Assembly: GCA_002794465.1 (NCBI GenBank)
Contig: MTSL01000213.1
Coordinates: 139,787-171,786 of the forward strand
Direction: 5' to 3'
DNA from: Paramicrosporidium saccamoebae KSL3
Lineage: Eukaryota; Fungi; Cryptomycota
Length of the DNA: 32,000 bases
Below the pieces are notes generated by a model. It was not told the DNA's origin and ran no database searches. It worked only from the letters and a program-made list of their open reading frames with translations. Shown here in pieces: positions 10,509 to 20,820 of this stretch (positions are counted from its first letter, which is position 1; every line of letters starts with the position of its first letter). The translations under genes were made by a program, and so were the position numbers.

Positions 10509-10612
10509 AATGTGGGTGACTAGTACTTTGGGTTCTAAAAAATGTGGGTGACTAGTACTTTGGGTTCTTAACAATGCGGGTGGCTAGTACTTTGGGTTCT
10601 TAATAATGCGGG
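10509..10612. repeat. 32-bp minisatellite x3 plus partial copy
   Basis: AATGTGGGTGACTAGTACTTTGGGTTCT-AAAA/TAAC/TAAT; units start at 10509, 10541, 10573. Confidence 0.9.
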
Positions 10613-10781
10613 CGAATATTGGCCATCAGTTTGGGTGACTAGCTGTCCCTCAGTATACATTGTTCGATAACTAATCGTGTTTGTAACGGTCCATCAGGCA
10701 TCACAATTAATTGTCTCGCTCAACACGCCATCCAATCACACCACTTACCCTAAATTTGCGCGGGCCGGGGGCCGAACCCTA

Positions 10782-12077
10782 ATGGCCGTCACAACACGTA
10801 GTCGTACCCGTCGTGTCTCCTCTCCTCGCCGTGGAGTGTTCCCGTCTAATAGTGATACATTGAAATCGCGTCGTTCTGTGTCTCCTTCACGCCGGGATGT
10901 CTCTCCCCACCGGAATTTTTCACCTAACCGAAAGGCCTCTCCACACCGGAATGTCTCTCCTCGTCGGAGTGTTTCTCCCCACCAAAAGGTCTCTCCTAGT
11001 CGACATGTCTCTCTTAGTCGAAATGTTACCTCTCGTCGTGGCAAGGCCTCTACTAACCGCCGTAGCTCTCCCGTGTCTACTGCGCCTTTAACTTCTACTC
11101 CCCCAAGTAGCCTTCCATTTGGAGCCTGGCTGGGTCGATTGGTGGGTCGTGGTGATTCAGTCAAGCCCCACTCATCAAAAACTCCAGAGAGACGAGTAGA
11201 ATTTAGATCGTCGGATGATGACTTGGAAGTCTCTAGTACCTCTGAGGAAGCATTGTTCTCCGATTCCAGTGAGGAGAGCGAGTCTGAGACAACTTTACGA
11301 TCCGCCTCAAAGTCAACTTCTACCCGATCCGCCTCAAAGCACAACGCCCCGAAATCCGGCTCTTATGGCAGCAGTCCCCAAAAGAAACAAACAAAGTCGG
11401 GGGCTGCACGTCGTCCCCGCGGTATCAAGGAATGTGACCGTAAGATGTTACATAAAATGATCAGCAAAGACGATGATCCCGCGATCATTATCAATGCCGC
11501 CAACTATCGTCCCACGAAGCGTCGTCCCCGTCTGCCATGGACTCCCTCCGAGGTCATGTTCCTCCGGATGGGCGTGGAGCGCTTCGGGATGGCCTGGGCC
11601 GATATCCTCAAATGCAATGAGTACAAGTTCCATCCTCATCGGGTGCAAATCGATCTAAAGGACAAGTGGCGCAATCTGACCAATTATCGTCCCTATGGGT
11701 CTCATGGGAAGCGGACCTTTGTGCTGCTTGATGCGGATCACAACACCATAGTCCGTCCCGACACTCTGAAGCCGTATCGCTTCAATAACCGTTGGCCACG
11801 CGATGCTGCCCTAAAGGCCGCATCCAAAACTGAATTCTATGACGTCGGCCGCACACATACGACAATCCGCGTTCGTGAGATTCTTCCCGATGAAAATGCA
11901 TCGTCTGTCCTTGTGCATGTCTACGAGGGCACCCGAAAACGGTGCACTGCCCCGCCCCACCTCAATGAGCTTCGCATCCGCCAAGTTTGGCAAAGCGATG
12001 TGCGCAAAACCCACGAAGAACGGCACGTCAGCAAGGCAGACTTGGTACAAATTGAGCAAGATGCTTGTCGTCTCTGA
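10782..12077 (+). CDS. Telobox-type Myb/SANT protein with N-terminal SPxR repeats and C-terminal MC1-like domain
   Basis: PWTPSEVMFLRMGVERFGMAWADIL...HRVQIDLKDKWRNL is a TRF-type telobox Myb (11535-11678). The C-terminal 100 aa match remembered MC1 motifs. First ATG of the ORF is at 10782. Confidence 0.8.
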   Translation: MAVTTRSRTRRVSSPRRGVFPSNSDTLKSRRSVSPSRRDVSPHRNFSPNRKASPHRNVSPRRSVSPHQKVSPSRHVSLSRNVTSRRGKASTNRRSSPVSTAPLTSTPPSSLPFGAWLGRLVGRGDSVKPHSSKTPERRVEFRSSDDDLEVSSTSEEALFSDSSEESESETTLRSASKSTSTRSASKHNAPKSGSYGSSPQKKQTKSGAARRPRGIKECDRKMLHKMISKDDDPAIIINAANYRPTKRRPRLPWTPSEVMFLRMGVERFGMAWADILKCNEYKFHPHRVQIDLKDKWRNLTNYRPYGSHGKRTFVLLDADHNTIVRPDTLKPYRFNNRWPRDAALKAASKTEFYDVGRTHTTIRVREILPDENASSVLVHVYEGTRKRCTAPPHLNELRIRQVWQSDVRKTHEERHVSKADLVQIEQDACRL

Positions 12078-12343
12078 TATGTGCCCAAGCATTGAGTTTG
12101 TACGATAATGACCAAGGAGCCTATGAGATTTGTGAGGGCCGTGCTTGTAATAAATGCTGAGAAGTCTGTGCTTTGATAACTAACCGAGGAGTAGTAGTAG
12201 TGGCTTTTTATACTCATGGGATTTGTGATCCATGACATATACTCACACACAATAGATCCGTTCCCTCCATCCTCACTGCACAATAGACTTTGTGTTTATG
12301 GTAACAGGTTTCAAGGATAAATAAAGTTCATTTACATGTCGTC

Positions 12344-14430
12344 TTAGGAAGTGGGCGTGCGTCTTTTGCGAGCATGGTCTGGTAGACGGGTGAATGATTT
12401 GGTTCGGCGTTGATCAATTCCATCGGCATTGGTCGGGGTGCTCCGATTACCCACATTGCTCAGACTCCTCACAGACAACACTGGGGACAAATGTCTTCTA
12501 ATGTCCACAGTGGGGTCAAGCATAATGTCGGCGTCACTATCGTTAAAGTGCTCCTCGATGGCTTCCTTGGTGCCATTCGTAGGATCCACCCTAGAGAGCT
12601 CCAGCAGACGATCACGGATTGTTAGTAAAATCTCATCAAGAGTTAATTCTGCCTGCAGATGACTTCGGATCATGGAAATGCCTACTGGTTATAGCAACTA
12701 TGCAATGTACTTGGCCAGGTAGCCTTCTCGCCTCGATGAACAGACTCGAGGATGGCATCCAGAGGACGGTCCACAAACATGTGGAGAATATCTCCCCATG
12801 CCAGGTTGGGGATAATAGTAATGTCGCCATAGTATTTTTGACTCAGAACGCTCTTTAACATTTGACAGGCACGGGGCATTATCCCCAGCCCCGATATTTG
12901 ATCCAGACGATACTTTAGCTCAGAGCGGATCAGATACATAACCTTGTGATTAAAGGAACGAAAGGTCGTGTCCCTGACTGCATGTTTCACAAAGGGATAG
13001 ATATGAGGATTAACTTGACTCACAATAAAGTGGTTCACATTGAACAGCTCAGCCAGGCGGTTCATTGGCAGATCATTCTCCACCGACCCATCACACCAAA
13101 GATCACCCGTGACATTCCACGGAACAATGTCGCCACGTCGGTTTTTTGCCAACAGCGGTGCAGACTCATACAGGGCTGGCACTGCACACGATGCCACCAC
13201 TGCACTCCAGACGAGCACATCAGGTGAGGTGATATAGTTCAACAGTCGAGGCATATCGTACATTGAGGTGGAGCTGACTGCGATATTCAGTACACGATTG
13301 GTCTTTTGATATGCTTCCAGGAATGTAATATCTCCTATGGTCTGGCGAAGGCTCTTCTTCAAGACTTTGCCATCAAATATGACCCCATGGCTGACTAGAC
13401 GAGCAATTTTTTTGCTCCATGGATAGACCCAGGATCCTCGCTGCTCCTCAGGCACAGCCTCCTCTAGCAAATGAGTATTAATGCCTTCCATTTTCATCAG
13501 ACGGGGAAACTCTTCATCAGTATGACAACAGGCAATTGCAGCCATAATCGAGCCAGAAGAGGCCCCCGCAATAATCCTCGGAAGAAGCCCATTCTCAAAC
13601 AGCGCCTTGAGCACTCCAATATGATAGACACCCAAGGAGGCGCCACCAGAGAGCAGCAACGCCGTGTTTCCCAGTGAGTGTCGCAGATCTTTGAAAAAGT
13701 CCATCTGGGCTTTCAACTCGACAGGATTGGTTACCGCAGTAATTCGACTGGCAAGAATGTTTAGGAGGTTCACTACCTCGACATTAAAGTCTTCAATCAA
13801 ATGCTTCGTCCCAATGTTGCAGTGCTGAAAGTTTTTTGCACCATCAATCCCGCCGAAATTTCTTATCAAACCTACATATGTAAGGCGGTATACACAATGG
13901 CACTGGTCCGGAGAAGAAAAGAAATGGCAGCAGCATCTCCCATTTCATGGGCACTCTCGAGCTGTTGTAACCGCGCCTGAACTAGTTCATAGTCGTAATC
14001 CCCAGATCTTGGATCCCTCTTCCACTCATTCTTTCCTACAACATCAGACCATTCAGTCTCTAGAGTGCCTCCCAAACGGTCCAGCTCTGAGGCTGCCGCT
14101 GCCCATTCGTCATAGTCATTTGCCTGCTCCAGCCGTGCCCTCCATACGCGTCTCTCCTGAATCGGGGTGATAACCCCATTATAGGCCACCTGAAACATTA
14201 GGATAAGGTTAGAGCCAAACCTTCACCCAGAAACTGGCAACTTCCCAACAAACGCTACCCACGCCACCCACGAGTGACAGCATCACGCCAAAGAAGGAGT
14301 GAAGCACTACCGTTTCCACTATCATTACTGAGGGGAGGAGGATGGGTACGTTGGTGGATGCGGCCGGTGACTCCGAGGGGAGCGCGTCGTCGTCTTTCAC
14401 CATTCTGCATGAACCGAAGGGGCCAATCAT
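12344..14430 (-). CDS. Patatin-family triacylglycerol lipase (Tgl3/4/5, SDP1-like), 5 exons inferred; start 14430 or 14403
   Basis: YDEWAAAASELD, DYDYELV, LLRTS-LIRN, GTKHLIEDF, LGNTALLLSGGASLG, GASSGS (GxSxG), WCDGSVENDLP, HFIVSQVNPH, YYGDITIIP, GEKATWP. Confidence 0.92.
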
Positions 14431-14539
14431 TGCAATTTCTTTGCTCCACGCACGAAAGCACAAAAATAGCAACACGATTCCTTTAGAACAATGTTTTATT
14501 AATGCAATTGATGTTGGCCGATAGAATCAAGTGTCCAAG

Positions 14540-15628
14540 CTATGGTACCAAGACATCCATACGGGAGTCTTCGTGATTCAATACTGCAAAACGACTCTCG
14601 TTAATGCGACGTTGCTCTTTGATAAACCCATTCATGGAATTACGGATCCGATCAATGTCACCAAAGTCTTCAATTTTATGGGTTCGCAAGTACTCCTGGA
14701 GCAAGAAATCAAGCAATTCACTTGGCGCACCAACCACGATGGAGGCAAGGAGACGGTTTAGATAGATTGTGGGATGGGTAAGACCGATGCAGCGAGCAAG
14801 GAAGCGAGGAATATTACCATAACCTGGAGGTAAAAGGACGGAAAATATTGAGCTCTCGAGAGTCTTTCGGACCTGCCACGGGGAGTTGATAATAGTCTCA
14901 TCTGCAAGCATGGATTCCAGGGCAGGATCTAATTTGACGTTATATTGGGCTACCAGGGAAATCAAAGTTGTCTTGATAATCTCATCTTCCTTGCCTGAAA
15001 CATATTCGTTCCACGAGGAGAGCTCCAGGAGCAGCAGGTGATTCTTGACAATATCTTGACAAAACCTTGAAGGCAGAGCCCCATCTCCTTGCAGCGCCAC
15101 TAAATCCACTAGCTTATTGGCTGCTTTTTGAAGCGTCTCTGTAGGAATCAAATTCTTGCCCAGCGAAGATTTTAGTGACATTGTCTCAAACTTTCCGACG
15201 CTGCTACATTTCCCCATAGCCTGTCCCAGGGCGTTAACCAGCGCCTCGCGCCTCAATTTCTCTTCAGAACTCCACACTATCGGCTTAACGTGCGAGTGCG
15301 GACTCTCTTCTTTACGCTTGGTAGAATCTCGGGCGCCGTTGCGAGTGCGCTGCTCAGTAGGGCTGAACTGTGCGCGATTATCATTGCCTAGCTGCCCAGA
15401 CTCCTCTGCGGAGAATGAGCTGTCAATATTGACACTCATTTCGGTCTCATCACGTTCAGAAAATGAGCCTCTAACAGGGAAAGTAGTCAACAAGTCGTCA
15501 AGGCTATCCCCGACCTCTCTAGAATGAGAGCCCATTCGACGGAAGCCTCCGGGCGGCGAGTCAAATAGTCTACCGGATCCGAAAACACTTTTGACACTAA
15601 CCAGAAGACCAAGCACAGCAAGCCTCAT
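14540..15628 (-). CDS. Orphan protein with probable signal peptide (start 15628 or 15643)
   Basis: About 362-aa open frame; N-terminus MRLAVLGLLVSVKSVFG, then a charged low-complexity region and a helical C-terminal half. No family recognised. Confidence 0.7.
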   Translation of the reverse strand: MRLAVLGLLVSVKSVFGSGRLFDSPPGGFRRMGSHSREVGDSLDDLLTTFPVRGSFSERDETEMSVNIDSSFSAEESGQLGNDNRAQFSPTEQRTRNGARDSTKRKEESPHSHVKPIVWSSEEKLRREALVNALGQAMGKCSSVGKFETMSLKSSLGKNLIPTETLQKAANKLVDLVALQGDGALPSRFCQDIVKNHLLLLELSSWNEYVSGKEDEIIKTTLISLVAQYNVKLDPALESMLADETIINSPWQVRKTLESSIFSVLLPPGYGNIPRFLARCIGLTHPTIYLNRLLASIVVGAPSELLDFLLQEYLRTHKIEDFGDIDRIRNSMNGFIKEQRRINESRFAVLNHEDSRMDVLVP

Positions 15629-15926
15629 GAATATCAGCCACATTCTAGGGTTGCCCAAATTAGATCTTATTCGGAATATTAATAATCCTTATCAATTTGA
15701 GATTGATTGGTGAGAGATTTGTCGAGACTGTGAAAGGTCTGATGGAAAGTTGGAGACACGCAATGTGTGGCTTGATCTGGCTATCATTATTTCAGTAAGT
15801 CTATCCACCCATTAGAAATAAAAGCGACCAAGTCGATGGCAATTACCCGGAAAGGACTATAATAACTTTTTCACTACGCGGCCCAACTTGGTGGTAATTC
15901 TAGATTAAGTGACTTGATCGTGATGC

Positions 15927-16126
15927 GACGTAGAAAACTGATTAGCATGGCTTTTGGGAATAGTTCCCTAGTATGGAGAAGGGATAATCAGGACAACCGA
16001 TGAAGGATAATGAGATCTTTACCATTTGGGAGACTATAAACGGGTCGTTGGATTGACTGAATAAGTTCTCTTCTCATCCCTTCTCGTCTAAACTGGGCCG
16101 TGGTATTATCCCCCCACTACGCGACA
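15927..16126 (+). repeat. Copy 2 of the interspersed repeat
   Basis: 31-nt exact match 15998-16028 with 19706-19736; 35 nt with 1 mismatch at 16030-16064 vs 19754-19788; shared 3' end ATCCCC..ACTACGCRACA. Confidence 0.88.
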
Positions 16127-16151
16127 GTGATACTCCCTCCTTCGCATGGCC

Positions 16152-16226
16152 CAAGTCTATAACAACTTTCCACTATGTGGTCCAAGTTTATAATAAATTT
16201 TCCACTACGTGACAAAAGTCTATAAT
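16152..16226. repeat. 31-32 bp degenerate tandem repeat related to the 3' end of the interspersed element
   Basis: CAAGTCTATAACAACTTTCCACTATGTGGTC / CAAGTTTATAATAAATTTTCCACTACGTGACA / AAAGTCTATAATAGC. Confidence 0.7.
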
Positions 16227-16280
16227 AGCTTTGTTACGGCGCGCCAACAGAATGCCCAAGAAAGAGAAAATGCATAAATC

Positions 16281-19200
16281 ATGCCTCCGAGAAGGAGAAC
16301 GAGCAAGTCCATCGATACAGAGTTAGTTATTGCTGAAAGCTTTGCTTCTTTGCAGTTATATCAAGAGCAGGCGAAAAAGCTGGCAAATGTAGATGCTGCC
16401 ATTACAACGGCGCGGGCTGGGCTTGTCTCCAATCCAAAAAAGTGGCTCATTTCCGAACCATCTCTTCTCGATGCAATTGGGTTGCATGCACCAGATGCTT
16501 TACGCGACTGCTTGCTGGAATTTCTTGGCACTATTTCAGAATCGAGAGAGCTAGTCAATGCTACAGTATTGCGACTTGGATTGTTAGGCCCACCAAAGAG
16601 CTTTGACAAGATTCAGCAAGTGCTGTCAGTATCAGATTCAAAGTGGGACATTGTTGAGAATCTTGCTTGTTTGTGTGACTGTACATTGGACCAACATCTT
16701 CGGGATTCTATTGAGATTTGCGAAAAGCTTTGGATTGATCCAGACAGAGCCAGGATATTCAGGTTTCTGGCGAATATCGACATTCCTGACGATCTCTTGG
16801 GGTGTTGGCGCGATAGGGGACTTCAATGTCTTGGAACTGGTCTAGGTGACTTTTATTCAGTCTTTTCATTCCTCATTAAATGCTGTCGATCTACCGAATC
16901 CGCCAAATGTGTATCTTGAGCGGTTCTTGTATTAAAGACTAGGTATTTGAACATTTACAAGTTCACTTAAAGCTGAATCGTTTGGAAGAAAGTGTTTGTC
17001 GCCAAGAGCAGTCAAAACGGGCTCGCACGACTGAAGGATTTCAAAAAATTGCTCTGGACGACTGTTTTAGGTGTCTGATACAAAACAAGTACGCGTTAGA
17101 GGCGTTCCGAAATTGTAAAAGTTTGACTAACCCAGTGTTCTATTTGTTCAACTTGCTTCTTTTCCGAATCTCCTCGGAGGAAAAGCACGTGCTACAGGTC
17201 CTGAAAGACGCTAGTCAAATTGATAACGTCCGGCTTGCTGCTGAATTCCTACTTTCGGAAACGGTGCACAAGGTCGATTTGCCTCTTGTTATGAGGATCG
17301 TCAGATCTTGTGTTCAGCAAGGATCATTAAAGATTGCCAGTCTCTTGATGGTGCAGGGATTCCAATCTGCCAGTCAGTATGATGCCCGCGACCTCATTTC
17401 CGAGCTTGCTGGCTACATTACTGACACTAAGAGCTCCAGTTGGGGATTGGGCCTGCTTGAAGAGATTGCCATGAATTCTTCCGAGCTAATCTATCGTTAT
17501 CAATCAACGCTAAAGATAATCTTTGACCATGTCGATCGCCTTCAAAGTGATCAAATAAGAACCTATTACAGGTGCATGGTCCGACTGGCAGTATATACGC
17601 TAACTCAACATGGCGACGCCTCACCGTGGAACGACTTGCTAATCATATTTCGCAAACAAGTTGGCAGCCTGGATTCAAATATACGACTTTTTGGCGCCCA
17701 AGCTGTCCTTGCAATGTCGGGTGTGCTATTCTGTTCATCACCAGACCTGGCTGAGGAGGCTACGTGTTCACAGGCGCCTCGCCATATTGGAAATCAACGA
17801 TTCTTGGAGACATTCCTTGTCTTATTTGAACTTTCTCTTTCCATGGTCAACTGCGATGCTCCATCAGTCCAAGTGATCTGCACCGAGTTGCCCTCCATCC
17901 TATCGGAAGCAGACCCCATGATCATAGCCAGCCTTGGTCGACGAATATCGAACATTTTCGAATCTGCCTTTATCTTTGAGCTGAAATCTTCTGACAAAAC
18001 TGAGCATAATTTGGATGCTGATGAAGCTTTGATTGGCGTTTCCTTCGGGCACGACTCTCCCCAAGCTGCCTCTAGAGTTATCATGCCATACCTGTTCCAT
18101 CTGCTGCAATGGAGCGAGAAGATGACCCACCATGGCTCGCTCGACAATATCGACGCGCTCCTTGGTTGTCCTGTAAAGACTGACGACTCCGAGTTGCATG
18201 GAATTGTTCTTTCCAATTGGCTACGGGTTCTTGTTAATGCATTTGCGGATCAGGATGACAAGGAGATTCAAAACAAGTGTTTGTCCCGGCTTGCCCTCTT
18301 GGCTCAATCAAAGATGGACATTCCCACTGTGATATCTGGTGGCCGTGCGGAAAATGCAATGGTGCGTGAAGACTTTGACAACGACTTTGTACATACACTT
18401 ACTTCCTGCAAGCATGTCTCCGGACCGCCCACAGCGATCAAGATTTCATCGATCCCGCTGTCGGCTTTGGTATATTGCAAGTATTTTGCAAAATTCGAAG
18501 CGTTCCTCTCCAAAGAATTCTCCAATACCAATCTCTCTTCCTGGTCAATCGAGGATATTGAAAAGGTCATTGAGGCCGTGGTAGGAAGACTAGATGTGCT
18601 GGTAATCCTATGCGGAGAGCTACAGAGACGAAGTTATGTAAATTTACCTGAAGTTTGCGCTAAGATTATCAAAGGTGTTGATCAGTTCGATTCAATAGTT
18701 TCCTTGCTGCAAATTCTAATCATCGGCAAGACCACGTCAGAGGAGATCATTTCGCACGGAACAGAGTTTATATTTTCTTCTGAATGCTCCACTCCTGAAG
18801 CCGTAAGTATATGCGAAAAATTGAGTGTGATCCACACGGATGTTGCTGGCTTTATTGAACACATTCTGGAGCAACTCCCAAACTTGTCAGCGTGGAAAAA
18901 GAAACTAGCATTACACGGAGTACTGTGTAGCTCGCTTTCCAAGACGGCACTGACTGATCCCCCTACGATTGAAAAGGCCACCCGGATATTTGAAAAGTTG
19001 GTTCAAATGAGTAGAGCAGGGATTGACACTGGCTTCTCTGAAGCCATTCTGAAATACGGCAGAATCTTTGTCGAAAGATTTGTCAAAGAGTGTTTGCCGA
19101 TATTACAGCGCTCTTTCATCTCCACACGAACATTGATCCTGGAGACTTTCAAAGTCTTGCAGCTTGCAACTCGTTCCCTGCAGATTATGTGCAACCACTT

Positions 19201-19597
19201 GAAACCTCAACGATTGCCAAAATACCGCAACTTGCTACCGCCGATGCGCCGGGTGCTCGAGTCTTTGCTCTATGGGGTGAAACAGCTATTACAGGCCAAC
19301 AATTGTCTCTCGGCCTTTTGGATTGGAAATCTAAAGCATCGGACCATTGATGGAGCCGAGGCGAATTCGCAAGTACCTCTCGACGTTGACTCGGACGAGA
19401 TGAGTTCACAAGAGTCTCTTGATTCGGGCGAGATGAATTCACAAGAATCTCTCGATTCAGGCGAGACGAATCCACGACGGGCTGTTGATCCAAATGAAAC
19501 GAATTTGTCAGCATCCCTCAATGCCAATCCAGACAGAGGCCCTCCCCGTGTCCCCAACAGTAGAATATTATCAAAAGAGCTGATATCGGAAGACTAG
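16281..19597 (+). CDS. FANCD2: Fanconi anemia group D2 protein homolog, at least 1 intron (16911-16942)
   Basis: DLLIIFRKQVGS (monoubiquitinated Lys context), HGSLDNIDALLGCP, NWLRVLVNAF, ILKYGRIFVERFVKECLP, LQIMCNHLK, ANNCLSAFWIGNLKHRTIDG all match FANCD2 blocks. The 32-nt GT-AG intron joins the two ORFs in frame. Confidence 0.9.
19388..19504 (+). repeat. 33-bp coding repeat in the FANCD2 tail
   Basis: DSDEMSSQESL / DSGEMNSQESL / DSGETNPRRAV / DPNETN. Confidence 0.8.
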
Positions 19598-19627
19598 CGG
19601 TATGATCCTACTATATAATCTCATATA

Positions 19628-19897
19628 ATATTGTGACGTAGAAGTCTGATTAGTTGGGTATTTGAAGATAGTTCCTTAGTTTGGAGAAGAGGTAATCGGA
19701 ACAATCGATGAAGGATAATGAGATCTTTACCATTTGATGATTATGTTATTTGTGAGACTATAAATGGGTCGTTGGATTGACTGAATAAATTCTCGTCTCG
19801 TCTCGTCTCATCTCATCTCATCTCTTCTCTTCTCGTCTCTTCTCGTCTCTTCCCGCCTGACAAAGTCCGTGGTACTATCCCCACTACGCAACAATAT
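19628..19897 (+). mobile_element. Copy 3 (most complete) of the interspersed repeat; putative non-autonomous DNA element with imperfect terminal inverted repeats and internal (TCTCN)n microsatellite
   Basis: Homologous to 1-160, 15927-16126 and 24566-24718. Ends ATATTGTGACGTAG (19628-19641) and CTACGCAACAATAT (19884-19897) are inverted at 12/14. Pentamer array at 19791-19851. Repeat status is certain; mobility is inferred. Confidence 0.5.
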
Positions 19898-20135
19898 AAT
19901 ATCCGCCCGTGATGGGTATTAGAGGAATAATGGGTTAAATATTGTGAGGGCTAAGTAGGGAACATTTATTAGATTCCTTGGCCAGAATAAAAAGTGTCTG
20001 TTTACATGTCCTTTTGCACACTGTTTGGCAACACCTTTTTATATGATAAGATGGGCCGCAATAGATTACACCACCTCTCTTGAACCCCTGAGATGTGAAT
20101 ATACCGTCTCACAAATATAAATAAAATAATCTTTA

Positions 20136-20796
20136 ATGAGGATTACATCCGAGTTGATTGAAAAATCAGCGTCGTTTATAAATGCTGTCAAAGACCGAGA
20201 ACTTGACCTACGAGGCAACTGAAATACTTTTTGCTAATGTTTTAGGTAACAAGATACCAGCGATAGAAAACTTGGCCATAACGAGGGACCAATATGACAC
20301 TCTTGATTTGACAGATAATGATATTCCACGACTGGAAAACTTTCCCACACTGCGCCGGCTACGTACGCTGCTCGTCTCTAACAACAAAATTACAAGACTT
20401 GATCTGGAGATGATGCAAAAGCTACCCGCATTAGAGATGCTGGTCCTTAACAATAACCCACTGGGCACAGTGGAGGCGTTGAGGGTGCTTCAGGGTGGAA
20501 AGCTGCGGTATCTCAGTCTGATTGACTGTCCCGTGACGAGGACGCCTCATTATCGACTGAATGTGATTGCCATGTTGCCACAACTCAAAGCATTGGACTT
20601 TTGTAAGATTACCGCAGCAGAACGACAGGCCGCGGCCGACCTTACCACAGACACTGCCGTGGTAGAGGAACGACCCAGCAAAGTGAGCAAGGTGGATAGA
20701 GAGAAGATTAAGGAGCGACTGAGGAATGCCAAGAGTCTAGACGAGATTAAGCAGCTGGAACGCATCTTGGATACTGGCCATGTTCCAGATATTTAG
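20136..20796 (+). CDS. SNRPA1: U2 snRNP protein A' (Lea1), 1 GC-AG intron (20215-20245)
   Basis: Spliced MRITSELIEKSASFINAVKDRELDLRG-NKIPAIENLAITRDQYDTLDLTDNDI..LENFPTLRRLRTLLVSNNKI...HYRLNVIAMLPQLKALDF. Confidence 0.93.
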
Positions 20797-20820
20797 AGAA
20801 TAAACTCTTATATTGAGTTT

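Noticed and set aside
10509-10612. 32-bp repeats as a CRISPR array
   Set aside because: Units are contiguous with no unique spacers, no cas genes, and the context is eukaryotic. The same applies to 29972-30238 and 31513-31726.
10745-11344. 199-aa minus-strand ORF, and similar antisense ORFs over 6720-6982 and 22659-23304
   Set aside because: Open frames arise from low-complexity coding repeats on the other strand.
15927-19897. Direct repeats flanking FANCD2 as LTRs or a composite transposon carrying the gene
   Set aside because: Further copies occur in the opposite orientation elsewhere (1-160, 24566-24718); no PBS/PPT, gag/pol or transposase is visible. Independent insertions explain the arrangement.
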